From Gracilinanus agilis (Eukaryota): a stretch of DNA of 64,000 nt. The translations under genes were made by a program, and so were the position numbers. The stretch lies in contig NC_058135.1 in NCBI RefSeq assembly GCF_016433145.1, positions 274,826,553-274,890,552 of the forward strand, written 5' to 3'. Each line of letters starts with the position of its first letter. Position 1 is the stretch's first letter. The notes beneath the pieces are model-generated. The model was given only the letters and a program-made list of their open reading frames with translations. It had not been told where the DNA came from and ran no database searches. Shown here piece by piece: positions 50,091 to 62,420 of this stretch.

Positions 50091-50273
50091 GGGGGCAGCT
50101 GGGTAGCTCAGTGGATTGAGTGTCAGGCCTAGAGATGGGAGGTCCTAGGTTCAAATCTGGCCTCAGACACTTCCCAACTGTGTGACCCTGGGCAAGTCAC
50201 TTGACCCCCATTGCCCATCCTTACCACTCTTCCACCAAGGAGCTGATACACAGAAATTAAGGGTTAAAAAAAA
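50091..50273 (+). mobile_element. SINE1_Mdo-type SINE nested in old L1
   Basis: TSD TTACAAATATTTA (50077-50089 / 50274-50286). Confidence 0.97.
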
Positions 50274-52693
50274 TTACAAATATTTAAAGACAAATAGAAG
50301 AATTTATAGAATGAGGGTGAAGATTTATAGGGATCACTCTTGACATGAGTAATATTGACTTGTAGATCATAAATAGATCAGAACACTTTTGACTGGGACT
50401 ACTTTATAGGTCATTTTTGAATAGTACATTATTGCTCCCATGAGCTGTCTAATGAGTCCTGAATTCCAAAGCTCCAGCTTCTAATTATTTTTAATTTAAT
50501 AAGCCCTCTCCTGTCTTTCATGACTTTTGGATGACTTTCTGGTCTCTATAGCCTTTTAAATGAATTAATTTTATATATAGTACATTATAAAGTGGATTTA
50601 CACACATAGGATTAAGATAGTAAGTTACTTATTATTAATATGGTAACACACACAAAGTTACAATAACAATATACACACTTGAAATGATAACTCAGGTATT
50701 ACCCTGGGACTACATTAAATTATACTAATGGGATACCTCAACATCCTAGTTTTAGAGCTAGATAAACTGAACAAAAAATAAACTAGAAGGAAGTGAATGA
50801 AATTTTAGAAAAGTTAGAACTTATATATCTCTGGAAAAAGTGAATGAGAATAAAAGAGGTATATTGTTTTATTTTGCTTTTTTCAGCAGTACAAACCTTT
50901 ACAAAAATTGATAATGTATTAGGTCTTAAGAACTTTAAAAAAATGAAGAAAAGCAAAAATAATAAATGTATATTTTACAGAATAATGATACAAAAATTAT
51001 AATCAAAAAGGGTCCATGGAAAGACAAATTAAATTAATTGGAAACTAAATAATCTAATTCAAAAAAAGAGTTGAGTCAAAGAAAAATTATAGAAATAATC
51101 AAAATTTTCATTAAAGACAATAAAAATGAGACTATATATATTTATATATATGTATACAATTTTTGAACTTCAGACAAAGCATTGCTTAACAGAAAATTTA
51201 TATTTCTGAACATGTAGAGCAAAATAATAGGGAAAAAAGCAGATTAATGAATTGAGTGTGCAATTAAAAATAGAAAAGTAAATTAAAAAGAGTAAAAATC
51301 AGAGGAGAAATTTGTAAAATTGAAAAAAAAAATAGAATTAGCAAGCCAATAAGAGTAGAAGTTGGTTTTAAGGGAAAAACAAATAAAATGGATAGAGCAT
51401 TGATTCATTTGATTAAAAAAGAATGAAGAAATCAAATTACCAATATGAAAAATGAAAAGGACAAATTCATTATCAATGAAAAGGAAATTAAAATAATCAT
51501 TAGATCTTATTTTACCTAATTATATGGCAATAAATCTGGCAATATAGGTGAAATTGATTAATATTTATAAAATATATAAATTGCCCAGATTAGCAAAAGA
51601 TGGAATTTTTAAAAATAATCCCATCTAAGAAAAAGAAATTAGATGATAAACTATCCAAGAATTCCCTAAGAAAAAAAAATCTCCAGAGCCATATGGATTC
51701 ACAATAAATTCTATCAAACATTTAAAGAACAATTAATCCCAATATTATGTAAACTATTTGGAAAATAATCAAAGAAGGTGTCTGACCAAATTTTTTTATG
51801 TAAATATGATGATGATACTTGTTAGGTAGAGCAAAAAAAGAGAAAGAAAATTATAATACAAATTTCCTTAAAGAATATTGATGCAAAAATTTTAAATAAA
51901 ATACCAGCAAAGAGACTACAACACTATATCAACACTATATCACAAGGATAATTCACTATGACCAGGTAGGATTTACACCAGGAATTCAAGACTGACTTAA
52001 TATTGGGGAAACTATCAGCACAATTAACCATTTGAATAACAAAACTACTGGAAATCACATAATTCTCTTAAAAGATGCTGAAATAGCCCTTAACAAAGTA
52101 CAACACCCATTCCTATTGAAACACACTAAAAAGCAAAGGACCAACCCTTAAATGGACCAATCCATAAAATGATCAGCTATATTTATAACCATTAGGAAGT
52201 ATCTTCTGAAAGGGGAATAAGTTGAAATTTTTCCCAATAAGATCAAGGTTGAAGCAAGGATGCCCATTATCACTGCTCTCATTTAATATTGTACTAGATA
52301 TGCTAGCTTTAGCAAAAATAATAATAAATTGAAGGAATTAAAATAGATAATGAAGAAACTAAACTATCACTCTTTGCAGAAGATATGATGGTATATTTAG
52401 AGGATCCTTAGAGAATCAACTAAAAAACTAGTTGAAATAATTAATAACTTTAGCAAAGTGGCAAAATACAAATTAAATCCATGTAAATCATTAGTATATC
52501 TATATATTACTAACAAAATCCAACAGCAAGAGATCGAGAAATTCCATTAAAAATATTTATATACAATATAAAATGCTAGGGAATTTACTTGTCAAGAAAA
52601 ACTCAGGAATTCCATGAACACAATTGCAAAACACTTTTTACACAAATAAAGCCAGGTCTAAATAATTTGAAAAAAATATTAATTTTTCATGAG

Positions 52694-53269
52694 TGTAGGA
52701 GGAGCTCAGGATAGGTCATGTCCACTGAGGAAAACAGCCATGCTTGCCTGAGATTGCTGGCAAGGTCCTAGTCTCTTACACAAGGCACTACTGCTCTCAG
52801 TCAATGGCCATCATTAAAACCTGAGACTCCACCCCCACCCCATCATGACTGAAAATACCCAACATGCCTTCCCTAAGAAAAGATTAGCAATCACTGTTTC
52901 TCAACTTGCTTATATCTGTAATAGTGACACTGATAATATTCATGTGTGAAGTCATTTTATAAGCATTATCCTGTGGGTAAGTAATACCCCCACCCTGAGA
53001 GTATTGTAATGCTTAATATCTTACTCTCTATAAAAGTCTTTCTCTTTGTCATAATAAATGAACATCATAGCCCCCAGATATGGTGCCATGATTCTTCTGC
53101 TTGGTCATTCTCAAGCAAGCTGGCCCCCACGTTTCCTGTCCTCCTTCTTATCTCACTCTTTCTTTTTAACCACTAGTCTCCCTCTCAGGCTAATTCTCAC
53201 TTTCCATGGCTAAAATGGCCTTCAGATCAAAGCACTCATCACCAGACACCCACACATGACTCAGACACA
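52694..53269 (+). mobile_element. Solo LTR (ERV1-like), 576 bp, nested in old L1 ORF2
   Basis: TGT...ACA ends, 4-bp TSD TGAG (52690-52693 / 53270-53273), TATAAAA at 53029-53035, AATAAA at 53053-53058. Confidence 0.9.
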
Positions 53270-53724
53270 TGAGTAGGCTGACCTAATATAATAAAAATGA
53301 TAATACAAACTAAATTAATTTACTTATTTAGTGCTATACCAAGCTACCAAAATTATTTTATAAAACTAGAAAAAATAATAAAATTAATGTGAAAGAACAA
53401 AAGATCAAGAATATCAAGAGAATTTTTGGGGAAAAAGTGAAGGAAGGTGGACTAGTAGTATTAGATCTCAAACTGTACTATCAAGTTGTAATCATCCAAC
53501 AATAGGGTACTAGCTAAGAAATAGAATGGTGGATCAATGGAAGATATTAAATACAAGATATAAAGGGTTAGTGACTTCAGAAATCTAGAGTTTGATAAAC
53601 CAATAGAACCCAATTTTGAAGAAAGGAACTACTTATAAGAACTAGATAAGAACACAAATTGCTGGAAAATGTCAAAAACAGTATGACAGAAACTAGATAC
53701 AGACCAATATCTCACATTCTATAC

Positions 53725-54379
53725 CCCTGTTGGTGAAATTGTGGCATGTATGACCTACCATTCCAGAGGGGGCTACTCTGTTCCCCCTCTCCACCATTCC
53801 TGAGGACATTTTTTGATTGCCCTGACCCTTTGTCCAGAAGATGGACTCAAGATCTTCCTCCCTCTGCTCTCTTGGGTAATATGAGAGGGACTCACAGGTA
53901 GCTTGAAGATGCAGTTTGGGCACATGAACTCTAAAAGGTTCACTAATGTACACAGAGACCAATACACTGTAGCAAAATAGAATGTAATGGACTTCTGTAC
54001 TAGCAGCAGTGCAATGACTCAGGACAGTTCTGAGGAACTTATGGTAAAGAACACTACCCACATTCAGAGGAAGAACTGCAGGAGTGGAAACACAGAAGAA
54101 AAGCAATTGTTTGGGTTGAGGCGGACAGGATTGGGGATGTAGACTCGAAACTACCACTCCAATGCAAGTATCAACAATTTGGAAATAGGTCTTGATCAAT
54201 GACACATGTTAAAACCAGTAGAAATGCACATTGGCTATTGGGGAAGGTAGTTGGGGGGGGGGTGAAGGGGAAAGTAAGAGCATGAATCATGTAACCATGT
54301 TAACTTTTCTAAAAAATAAAAAAAATTATTAAATGAAAAAAAGATAAAAGTAAATTTAAAAAAAGGTTCACTGATGCTT
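53725..54379 (+). mobile_element. hAT MITE nested in old L1 and itself split by an L1 fragment
   Basis: Homologous to 15152-15347; candidate TSD TTCTATAC (53717-53724) / CTCTATAG (54380-54387). Confidence 0.8.
53949..54360 (+). mobile_element. Short 5'-truncated L1 3'UTR insertion
   Basis: L1 3'UTR plus A tail; 16-bp TSD AAAAGGTTCACTAATG (53933-53948) / AAAAGGTTCACTGATG (54361-54376). Confidence 0.92.
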
Positions 54380-57300
54380 CTCTATAGCAACTTCAGGTCA
54401 AAATGGGTATATGACTAGATATAAAAAATCCTATCATATGTAAGTTATGGGAACATAGAATAATTAGCCTTTCATATATATTTGGAAGGGAAGAATTTAT
54501 GTCCAAATGAGAAGTAGAGAACATTAAAAGATGCAGAATGAATAATTTTGAGTATATTAAATTAAAAATGTTTTTATGTAAACAAAATCAATCTAACAAA
54601 GATTATAGGGGAAATAACAAACTGAGAAAAGTTCATGTCAAATTTCTCTGATAGCAATCTAATTTCTCAAATTTATTGAGAACCATATCAAATTTGTAAG
54701 AATATAAGCCATTCATTCCCCAGTTGTGAAATGATCAAAGGATATGAAAAATCTGTTTTTAAATGAAAAAATTAAAGCTATCAATAATCATATAAAGATG
54801 TTCTAAATTGCTCTTGATTGTAATAATGCAGATTAAAAAAAAACTCTGATCTGTCACCTCACACCTATCATATTGTCCAATATGAGGGTAAAATGATAAA
54901 TATTGGAGGGGATATGGCAAAATTGGGACACTATTGCAATGTTGGTGGAGTTGTGAACTGATCCAACTATTCTGGAAAGCTATTTGGAATTATGCTCAAA
55001 GGACAGTAAAATTGTACATACTTTTTGAAACAATAATACTACTACCAGGTCTGCATCCCAAGAAGATCTTAAGAGAGGAAAAGGAGGACATATTTATACA
55101 AAGTTATTTTTAGTAGCCATTTTTGTACTGACAAAGAATTGGAAATTAAAGGGATGTCCATCAATTAAGGAATGGCCGAACAAATTGTGGTATATGGTGG
55201 TGATGAAAAAGATTATTTCAGAAAAAGCTGGAAAGATCTACATGAACAGATGAAAACTGAAATAAGCAGAATAAAGAGAATATTGTACACAATTACAGCA
55301 ATATTATATGATGATCACTTATGAAAGAATGACCTATTCTCAGCAATACAATGATCCAGAACAGTTCTGAAAGACTTTTGATGAATGCTATCTATCATCA
55401 TAAAAAATGTTGGAGTTAGAGTGCCAATCAAACCATATTATTTTCCCTTTGTTTATTTGTGTTCTTATTTTGAAGTATAGATTTTATGAGTAATCTTTGA
55501 ATGATGATGAATTATCTTTGAGTAATGAAAAATATGAAATGTTTTTCATGATAATACATTCATAACCCAGATCAAATTATTTACCATCTCCATGAGGTGG
55601 GAGGGAAGGAAAGAAGGAGACAATTTGAATTTTATAACTTCTAAATGTGTAGGTGGAAAATGATATTACATGTAATTGGGAAAATAAAATATATTTAACA
55701 AAAAAGTTCATAATGAAAGTCTGCATTAAAATAAAGACTGTCAAAATCAACAGTATAGAATGAAATCTCCTATTCTCTTTTTAGTTACTGATTTTTCCTT
55801 GATACAAGCATTAGATCATACATCAACATGGGTTATTTAAGGTGCTTTTTAACTTAGAAGAATTTAAGAAGGATATATGACTATTCAACATTTTTGCAAG
55901 ATGTTTCCTAACAGGTGTTATTCAAGAAGACAGAAAAAATGTGGCAATTTTTTTTCTTTTTTGTTTTTCTATTTCAAGAATACTTTAGGAACATGAGGAA
56001 ACTAATGTTTGTTGTTTGGGAGTTTTGGTTACTCAATAAAAAAGTTAACAATTATGAAATACTTATTATGTACTAGGTACAATATTTATCACTAATTAAT
56101 CAACTAATCTTTTTCAAAATATTTTGAGTACTAAAGAATCAAATAATAAAGGGAGAAAATGGAGAGAACTTTCAGAGGTGCTCTTATCACCAAATCCAAT
56201 CTCTTTCCCTCAGTTTTTAACCTCTTTAATCTCAGTAGTATTTGATATTGTGGATTATTTTATCTTCCATAATTTTCCTACAATGGTTTCTCCCCAGATG
56301 CCTCTTTTCCTTCATTGGTTTGTCTTCTCTTTGTGATTCATATCCTTTCTAAAATGTGACTATTGCTACCTGGAGAGTCCATGTAAGTTTCTGAACCATT
56401 TTAGAAATAGTGCTTAAAATTTTTGAGCTTAGTGGTTTTCACACTTTTAAAATTCATGGTACTTTAATATAATAAAAATACATGAACACTACTCTTACAC
56501 AGTACTCTGAGTACTCATCTCTACTTCCCAAAACAGAATACAAAAAGGATTATGAAAACAAAACTAACAAAAGCAATAAAATTATGTTCATCCAGTTTAT
56601 TTTTATCATTTATTTTAAAAATCTTTGAGTGCTAAATACATTCCCACCCTTCAGCCTTTTTCTCACCCACTGAGTAAGTAAGCAAAATATGTTATATATG
56701 CTAAATAAATGAAACATTTCCACATTTGCTATGCTGAAAAAAGAAGAAAAATTAAAATGTATAGGAAAATATAATGTAAAATTCAATTTAATTGGGGACA
56801 TGAAATCAAACTGTGTAAGTTGTTACTATCTCCTAGTTAATGTATCTATTTAAATATTTTAAATAAACTGCAAAAAGGGAGATTTGTGGTTTTATTAAGC
56901 CTATTCATAAATTGAATTTGTGTTTTTCTCTAAAGCTAATTAGGTTATAATTAATATACATGTTTATGTGTATCGAAATAATTATGTATATGTGTATTCA
57001 TGGACACATATACATTGGTATATTTTCCTTATTTATCTAGTTGGAGACAATAGGTATATTCTTTTGTTTTGTTTTTCAATGGGCCTTTTTCCATATTTTC
57101 CATTTTTTAGTTTAATATTTAAATGCATTCCCTTGATTTTATAAATTATAATTTGTTCAGGCATTTCTAAGAATTATACATAATTTTCTCTATATTGTTG
57201 CTACTTACAATACTGCTAGATTTTTTTATTAGAAGGCTTCCCATTGTCAACATCCCTTTTGTGTTATCTGATTCACAAAATTTGAAAGACAGAAGGGAGC

Positions 57301-57778
57301 TTCATAAAAATGGACACATGCATATATAAATATATACACACATATATAATGAAGACTTAAATATTTTAAAGGAACTGAAAATATTTATGAAATGTGTACC
57401 ACTATCAAATGATTATATTAAAATCCCTGATATAATATATATGTTAAAGTATAATATCTGGAAATTTAACTTTTCATCTTCCTCTGAAGAAAAGTTTATT
57501 AAATTTCTGAAAATGAAGTTTATTAAATTTCATACACAGGGGTGTGAATCCCCAAAAGGGAAATTAATTGATTAGTTATATTAATGTTCAAGATGATAAA
57601 TTCTTTATAAAATCAAAAAGCTTCACTTTTTGAAATATTTCTTAACAGTTCTGATGAAATGTTTCAATTTATTCTGGTTCCCTTTTTTTAATGCATCTTT
57701 AGTTTTAAAAAAATACTTAATATCTGAGGACATTAGTGGTCCCTCTACCAAAGTTTTGCTCATTTCAGGAAGGATTGC

Positions 57779-58142
57779 TCCCTAGAGCCTCTCTCTATAT
57801 AAATCTTGGTCAGAATGCAGGTTGGAGGACAAACTGAAAACTCCTCTTTTATTGTCTCAGATATTGTATTTATGGACAAGAAGCAATGAGATTTGAAGAA
57901 AATGGCAACTGATACAAAGATTAAACTAGTTCTAAGCTTGGAAACTTCAGCTCTGGTAGAACCATGATCAAACAGGATCTTCATTATTAGATTGGGGGAT
58001 GGATAGAAATAAATGGAGTTCCCCCCCCTTTTCTGTGTTGTGTAGAACCAATGGACTAGACTGATGTTTCAATTTAGTACTACATGATTACAGAGGAAAT
58101 CACACCTGAAATATATGTTGGATGCTTATGAAACATGTAAGT
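57779..58142 (+). promoter_or_regulatory. Predicted promoter and first exon of OR-D
   Basis: O/E-like TCCCTAGAG at 57779-57787, TATATAAA at 57796-57803, donor CAT|GTAAGT at 58137. Confidence 0.55.
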
Positions 58143-60560
58143 TTTCAAATATAATCTTTTTCTGTTTTACTCATTAGTTTATCTTTTTTCCTTCCCACAA
58201 TGGTGAACCTTACTGCTTGATTGTAAATTGGTAAAGTGATTTTCATTAATGGAATGTGATAGGATTTTTTTTTGGGGGGGAAGGGCTAGAGTAGTCAGTT
58301 TTAAAACCATTAGATTTAGAACTAAAATATACTCTAGAAATTGGTTCTATATTCTCATTTTTACATTTGGAAACCAAGGCTCAAGGAAGTTAAATAATTT
58401 GTTCAAGTCAATACAGACAGTAAGTAACCAAATAGGGGTTTTAATAGCAGTCCTCAAGCTCTACATGTGTTACATATTTCACTATACCATAATGCCTCAA
58501 CTAAGCACATTCTGAAGTTTGTAGAAAGTTGGTTGCCAAGAGTTCAAAAGTTTAGCTTTAAAGACAGAAAAGGAGGGCACTAATCAACAAATTTAGACAG
58601 AATCATTCAATCACTATGCAGCCTTGGAAAAGTCATTTTCCTCATGTTTTTTTTTTTAATAAAATGAGGAGTATGGACTAATTTTTGAAGTCAGGAAACT
58701 TTTAAATCCTTACTCAGAATAATGTATGCTGCTTTCATTCATAATTGAAGAAAATGTTAAATGCCATTTAGGTTAGAGAAAATAAAGATGTATTTTTCCC
58801 ACCTTATTTACACACCATTAAAATATACTCATGGACTACTTTCAAATCTATAGACCCCAACTAATAATCCATAAATTGGAGGGACTTTAGTTCTTTTTGA
58901 GTACTAGTGATCTATTGACTAATAAAGGTTAATTCCAGGGCACAGAAAGAATTTTAAAAAAGCAAGTTTTCCTCTGTTGATTGCTAGACAGGAGAAGAGG
59001 AAACTTAGTAGTGATAATAATAACTATTTTTTTTAATTTTTGAAAGACTAGAAGAGATGAATTTACTTTGTTTAGATTTAAGTAAGAAAACTAAAAGTAA
59101 TAAGAAGAAATTTTAAAGAAGAAAACTAAGCTTTATTTTCAGAAGAAAAAGAATTATCTAAGTTCTTAATAATGAGAATTATATTAAAATGCAATGGAAT
59201 ACATCAGGAAAAATGGGTTATGCTAGATCTCGGACTCATAGGCAGTAGCCTTTTACTTTTTTAATGATTTCCTACAGATTTGAGGACAGTGACAAATGAA
59301 ATTAAATGCACATAAACACAAAATAAACTTCCAAAAGAGTAAATATAATATTTAGCTGATATGTGTATTCTATTGCTTGTAACTCTTTTAATCATGTAAG
59401 TCTGAATAATGTTTAATATAATATGTTTTCAAAGGAAGTGAGCTCCTTGTTAGTGGGCATCCTTAAAAAAGAGCTGGATGACCACATCAGAAATATTATA
59501 GGAGTTATTTTTATTCATAAAGAGTACAAACTTGACAAGATGTCCACTAACTCTAAGTTGTTGTGGACTGAAAAAATCAATGGACATCATTGCTTCACGC
59601 ATTATTTTATGTGAAATTCACAATGACCAAGTAATTAAATATAAGAGACATTGCTATTTTTGCAGTTATGGAAACAGAGATGCTGTCACTTTAAATGTCT
59701 TGCTTATTGGTCTCAGTTTTAAAAAGCCAATAAAGGTCAGAGGCAGGAAATATAAATGTATGCAGACACACATATATCTATTATTATATTATATATGTAT
59801 TATACATGCATATAAACATGTATATATGAGTTTATATACACATGTGCATATACACATGTGCATGCATATGTTTCTATGTGTATATATACCATCACTTGCT
59901 TGACTAAGCTAAGTAAACTAAAAGCTTAATGAATTTTTATTTGGTTTCATGTTACTTTTTCACTTCAACTTTATTGCATTTTCAGTTCTACATTTTTTTC
60001 CTCTTAGCTCCACTCCCCAATCCCCACTGAAAAAGCAAAATCACAAAATGAATTACAAATATATAAAGTTGAATAAAGCAAATTCTTGCTTTTGCCATGT
60101 CTAAAAAAACAACAAACTGCAATCTTTGCTCTTAGACAGTCACATTTCTAAGAGGAAGTAGCTATCACGTATGAATACTTTTGCTATTTAATTTTTGTAA
60201 AGAAAACATACTAGAAAAACTCCCAAGAATTGACTTGATCTGGCTTATAAGATTTTGTGTTTCATATCATAGGAAATATCTAAGAAGCAACAAAAAAGTC
60301 ACTTGAGAAAATATTTGATTCTTGTTCTGTTGTAGTTTGGATAAAATGATATCACGTATTGCTTCCAACTCTGGCATTCTGTGATCATGTGAATTGAATG
60401 ATCAGAAACCAGTGCTATTTTATAAAGCTTCCATGTGTCCTAAACACAGGATATCTAAGTGATACATTCAATTAATTACTGTAGACACTAAAGTTATATT
60501 CATGAAACTCTCCCCTGAAATGTAATTGGTGGACTTCTGACATAGCATTTCTGATGTTGT

Positions 60561-60591
60561 CTAATGTTTTGTTTTGTTTTTTTTTTTTCAG
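60561..60591 (+). promoter_or_regulatory. Branch point, polypyrimidine tract and acceptor of OR-D; exon starts at 60592
   Basis: CTAAT (60561-60565), long T tract, TTTCAG|AT 43 nt before the ATG. Confidence 0.8.
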
Positions 60592-60634
60592 ATAAAAACT
60601 GACCACTTTCTAATGTTTTTTTTTAAAAAAAAAG

Positions 60635-61573
60635 ATGAACAATAAGAATAATGTCACAGAATTTATTTTTGTGGGGTTTTCCCCAAATATTCAGGTTCAG
60701 TTTCTGTGCTTTGTTATTTTCTTATTTTGTTACATAGCTATTTTGATGGGGAATTTCATTGTTATCATCTCTATCACATGCAGTCAGCTTATTGAACAAC
60801 CGATGTACTTCTTCTTGGCTTATTTGTCCTTCATGGATGTTTGCTATACCTCTACGGTTACCCCCAAGCTCATCAGTGACACATTGGCTGAAAGGAAGAG
60901 TATTTCTTATACTAGCTGTTTGATCCAACTCTTCACTGTGCACTTCTTTGGAGGGGTGGAGGTCTTTATACTCACAGGGATGGCCTATGACCGATACGTG
61001 GCCATTTGCAAACCACTCCACTACATGGCTATCATGAGCAGACCCAGATGTAATGCTTTGATCATGGCTGCATGTGGTGGGGGTTTTATACATTCATTTG
61101 CACAGTTTCTCCTTGCTGTTCTCTTACCTTTCTGTGGTCCCAATGCTATTGATCACTATTTCTGTGACATGTATCCATTGCTGAAACTTGCCTGCATAGA
61201 CACCTATAGTTTTGGTATCTTAGTAATAGCCAATTCAGGAATGATTGCATTAGTGGTTTTCATGGTCCTTATGACTTCATATGCTGTGATCTTATATACA
61301 CTTCGGGTACATTCTTCTGAGAGCCGCCAAAAAGCTCTTTCCACTTGTGGTTCCCACATTACTGTTGTAGTCCTGTTCTTTGGACCTTCCCTTTTCATTT
61401 ATATTAGACCAGCCACCACATTCCAGGAGGATAAAGTTTTGGCTCTTTTTTATACCATCATTGCTCCCATGTTCAATCCTTTGATCTACACTTTAAAGAA
61501 TTCAGAAATGAAAAATACCATGAAGAAGGTATGGAACGGAAATATATTCAGAGGAAGAAAACAAATGCACTAA
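60635..61573 (+). CDS. OR4P4-like: Olfactory receptor, OR4P subfamily-like (OR-D), 312 aa, intact
   Basis: [79 protein letters not shown] closely resemble human OR4P4 as I recall it; orthology not tested. Confidence 0.95.
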   Translation: MNNKNNVTEFIFVGFSPNIQVQFLCFVIFLFCYIAILMGNFIVIISITCSQLIEQPMYFFLAYLSFMDVCYTSTVTPKLISDTLAERKSISYTSCLIQLFTVHFFGGVEVFILTGMAYDRYVAICKPLHYMAIMSRPRCNALIMAACGGGFIHSFAQFLLAVLLPFCGPNAIDHYFCDMYPLLKLACIDTYSFGILVIANSGMIALVVFMVLMTSYAVILYTLRVHSSESRQKALSTCGSHITVVVLFFGPSLFIYIRPATTFQEDKVLALFYTIIAPMFNPLIYTLKNSEMKNTMKKVWNGNIFRGRKQMH

Positions 61574-62194
61574 AAACAATTGCTGAACTTTCACCATGCG
61601 CCTTGATATATGACTCAATACCAACTCATTCAGCATTGATGTATCAGAGGCTACATGGGCTAATCAGGTATTAGGCGACTCACAAATAGTTTTCAATGAA
61701 ATGTAGATCTAGAAGAAACATCAAAGTTCATCAAGTCCATTACATTGATAGTACCAATGAGAAAACAAGAGTCAGGATTAGTAAAATGACTTCCCTAAAG
61801 TGATATAACTGATATTTGACACAGCATTTGAATTCATTTTTTCTGACTCCAAATCCAAAGTTCTAACTTTCATAACACTATACCATTGTAATGGTGGATG
61901 AATCTTGAATACAACTTACTTCATTTGCTAGTAATGTTCTGTAAATATAAATGTTATTTTACCTGCTTATTCAATGATAGGGCAAATAAAAAGAAAAACA
62001 TTAACAGGGATTTTCTCCTTTTAACTACTTATTAAGTGGTGGGGGTAGACATATTACAAGTTCACTGAATCTATATGACACTATTTAATAATAGCTTGCG
62101 TGTAATATATCTGATATAGATAGAGAGAGAGACAGAGACAGAGAGAGACATAGAGTGAGAGGAAGAGGGAGAGAGAAAAAAATAAAGTGATTTA

Positions 62195-62420
62195 AGATTT
62201 GCAAAGCACTTTACAAATATAATCTCATTTTAATCGTTATGAGAGCCCTGTGTCATGGGTGTTGTTATAATCCTAATTTTGCAGTGGCAGACCTGAGACA
62301 CAAAGAGATTAAATGAATTGTCCATGGTCACATAGCTAGTAAGCATCTGAAGTAAAAGTTTAACACATATCTTCCTGACTCTAGATTCAGCAATCTATTC
62401 ACTGGACAATCTAGCCTTCT
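62195..62420 (-). mobile_element. MIR SINE
   Basis: gcaaagcactttacaaatataatctcatttt...ggtcacatagctagtaagc...cttcctgactctagattcag. Confidence 0.75.

Larger units (their letters stand above)
45125..55703 (+). mobile_element. Apparently full-length old marsupial L1 (5'UTR, decayed ORF1 about 48.9-49.9 kb, decayed ORF2 about 50.3-55.2 kb, 3'UTR) carrying six nested insertions
   Basis: Starts gggtgcagccaagatggc; recognisable ORF1/EN/RT remnants (cactctttgcagaagatatgatgg); candidate TSD AAATTCATAATAAAA (45110-45124) / AAGTTCATAATGAAA (55704-55718), 13/15. Confidence 0.8.

Noticed and set aside
60722-61398. Antisense or alternate-frame ORFs over OR genes (also 5495-5728, 16919-17125, 30147-30335)
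   Set aside because: Short shadow ORFs with no motifs, not conserved among paralogs.
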